Positions 62,288 through 64,000 of a DNA stretch of 64,000 nucleotides are shown here, in pieces. Position 1 is the stretch's first letter. Every line of letters starts with the position of its first letter. Position numbers and translations under genes: made by a program. The notes under the pieces are model-generated. The model searched no databases. It saw only the letters and a list, made by a program, of their open reading frames with translations, and was not told the origin of the DNA. The stretch comes from a virus, in IMG/VR virus record IMGVR_UViG_3300025517_000001, positions 1 through 64,000 of that record; one strand, written 5' to 3'.

Positions 62288-64000
62288 ATGACGCAGATGA
62301 ACCATGTCGATAGACCCAGTAACGCATTCCTAACTGAGATCATGCGTAAGGTCAATGCGTTTGGTCATGCCCCTAGAGTAATCGTAGAACTGGACAAATT
62401 TTCCTACGTACGTGGACTCAAAAAGAAGTATCAGGTGGTTGAGTTTATCACGCAACAGACCACCAAGAACACAGTGTCTATCGTCCACAGCAGTGGGGTG
62501 GGAGGTACGTTCTTTGCCAATGCCCCCGTCATGCCGATTGAAGGCAAGAACAAACTGTCGGACATGGTAATCACATCTAGACACCGGACAGTCAACCCTT
62601 CCCGCCCAAAGCACAAAGGACTTGATCTTGACCTTGCCATTGGCGACCCTGTTGTATCCGTGTGGGACGGTGTGGTCACTGAGGTTAAGTATCAAGAGGG
62701 TGGGTACGGTTACTACGTGACCATCGACCACGGCAACAACATCAAGACGAGATACGCACACCTTAGCAAGCAGTTAGTGACTGTAGGTCAGCACGTCAAA
62801 GCAGGGCAACGGATTGGTTTAGGAGGCAACTCCGGCGACTCTCGACCGTCTGGGGGAGGAGACGGTTCCCACCTGCACTTTGAGATTTGGAAGGACGGTG
62901 TGGATATTAACCCTGAGCCGGTACTGAATGGCACTGTGTCCCTTAACGGTACGGTGACGGGCGGGACTGGAAAAACCACCACGACGAAAGGCACAGAACG
63001 TGTCTCCTACTATAAAGACCTGAATACAAGCCCGCCTGATAGCAAGTTTAATTACGTGAATGCCGACTACTTCACCGCTTCTACACCACAAGGTGCAAAG
63101 AGGATGGTTGGGTTTCAAGGTATACAGACTCCCGGACAACGGCGAGGGTTTACGTTCAACAATCAGTGGTTTAACGATGGGTACCTGTCGTTCCACATGT
63201 TCTATCAGAACGCCTCGCCGGACGACACCCTGCAAGTGCTGATGGACGGTAATCCAGTATGGACAATGAACGGTAACACGTATCCGGGAGGCTTGATCTA
63301 TCCTGCTCCTATTACAGTCCCGAAGGGAAACCATACGTTTGAGTTTGCTATGTCCAATCCTCACCAGTCCAATTCCAAATTCGGGGTGTTTGCAATCAAG
63401 GCGGCGGAGTTCGCAGAGATTGAGGAACAGACAGAAACCTCATCCATCATCGGGGGCGGAACGGTATGGGACTTTGAGGACAACATGAGTACCTCAACCA
63501 ATTGGACACCGTTTAACAACACCCCAATCGTAGATGCAGGAGACTACCTTCTGTTCAACGACTCGTTTTCTGGTGAGCATGACTCTAGTGGCTTTGAGCG
63601 TCTGGGTGTGGTTCAGTACCCGTTTACTCTACAGGTAAGGCTAAAGGTGTCACCGAGCACGACAGGCTCTAACATCTACCTATCTGACGGGACTACGGTG
63701 TTTACTCCTTCATTTAAGCCTGATCGGGTAGAGGCAAACACGGGTATTGACGGAACGGACATTCAGACTTACTCTGTCGATAACACTCAATGGCAGGAGT
63801 ATTTGTTGGTAGCCAAGGATGCAGATACCATGATTATCTTCCATAAAAAGGACGGACAGTGGGAGGATACAGGACTTGTAGAAAAGTCTGAGCCGTACAC
63901 TACCAACCGTCTCCTGTTCTATATCTCTGGCCATGACACAGGTACGATGTACGTGGATGATGTGAAGTACGCCAACAAGGACTTTTCCATCTCTACGCCG
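62288..64000 (+). CDS. tail protein with M23 (LytM-type) peptidoglycan endopeptidase domain; 3' end outside the window
   Basis: not in the ORF track (no stop in the window); frame open from ATG 62288 to 64000; motifs HKGLDLDLAIGDPV and GSHLHFEIW. Confidence 0.75.
   Translation, partial: MTQMNHVDRPSNAFLTEIMRKVNAFGHAPRVIVELDKFSYVRGLKKKYQVVEFITQQTTKNTVSIVHSSGVGGTFFANAPVMPIEGKNKLSDMVITSRHRTVNPSRPKHKGLDLDLAIGDPVVSVWDGVVTEVKYQEGGYGYYVTIDHGNNIKTRYAHLSKQLVTVGQHVKAGQRIGLGGNSGDSRPSGGGDGSHLHFEIWKDGVDINPEPVLNGTVSLNGTVTGGTGKTTTTKGTERVSYYKDLNTSPPDSKFNYVNADYFTASTPQGAKRMVGFQGIQTPGQRRGFTFNNQWFNDGYLSFHMFYQNASPDDTLQVLMDGNPVWTMNGNTYPGGLIYPAPITVPKGNHTFEFAMSNPHQSNSKFGVFAIKAAEFAEIEEQTETSSIIGGGTVWDFEDNMSTSTNWTPFNNTPIVDAGDYLLFNDSFSGEHDSSGFERLGVVQYPFTLQVRLKVSPSTTGSNIYLSDGTTVFTPSFKPDRVEANTGIDGTDIQTYSVDNTQWQEYLLVAKDADTMIIFHKKDGQWEDTGLVEKSEPYTTNRLLFYISGHDTGTMYVDDVKYANKDFSISTP

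Overview
The window reads as one contiguous piece of a tailed dsDNA bacteriophage genome from a Gram-positive (Firmicutes-type) host. Supporting signals are AGGAGG-like RBSs, TTGACA/TATAAT promoters, hairpin+T-run terminators and SLH-like modules in tail proteins. I saw no rRNA, tRNA, CRISPR array or integrase. All homology statements come from motif recognition by eye; nothing was searched.

Layout:
(i) 1-19.1 kb: leftward early/replication block. It holds a DnaC-like loader, a wHTH initiator candidate, a DnaD-domain protein, an SNF2 helicase, two XRE-HTH regulators, an M42/M20-type peptidase and many small ORFs. Eleven near-identical promoters drive it, and a solo tnpB (IS200/IS605 family, IS1341-type) element with its presumed omega-RNA region interrupts it.
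(ii) 19.1-20.5 kb: origin-like control region with a 20-bp perfect inverted repeat, tandem ~40-bp repeats, seven DnaA-box-like 9-mers and ~0.8 kb of very AT-rich DNA.
(iii) 20.5-25.1 kb: rightward units with a 519-aa paralogue of an early-block protein, micro-ORFs, and a ~1.1-kb apparently non-coding stretch rich in repeats and hairpins.
(iv) 25.2-35.4 kb: leftward nucleotide-metabolism block with ThyX and class I ribonucleotide reductase alpha and beta. The beta gene is split by a 283-nt group I intron. The block uses a second conserved promoter-like motif. Its promoter-proximal (right-hand) end, 33.7-35.4 kb, is a non-coding multi-terminator region with 23-bp direct repeats plus a ~350-nt G-rich structured leader.
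(v) 35.5-64.0 kb: rightward late block. In order: metallophosphoesterase flanked by Zn-ribbon paralogues, a poly-proline protein next to an 800-aa protein with an anthrax-LF/PPEP-like (M34) metallopeptidase domain, TerS candidate, thymidine kinase, TerL, an oppositely oriented Bro-N moron, PIN-PhoH, portal, protease/scaffold, capsid, connectors, tail tube, a -1 frameshifted chaperone pair, a 1744-aa tape measure, SLH-bearing distal tail proteins and an M23-peptidase tail protein truncated by the window end.

Best follow-up candidates: the phage-borne TnpB/omega-RNA, the M34 peptidase with its poly-Pro neighbour, the DnaA-box/AT-rich origin, the two large non-coding structured regions (23.6-24.7 kb and 33.7-35.4 kb), the second promoter class with non-sigma-A spacing, and the divergent 500-aa paralogue pair.
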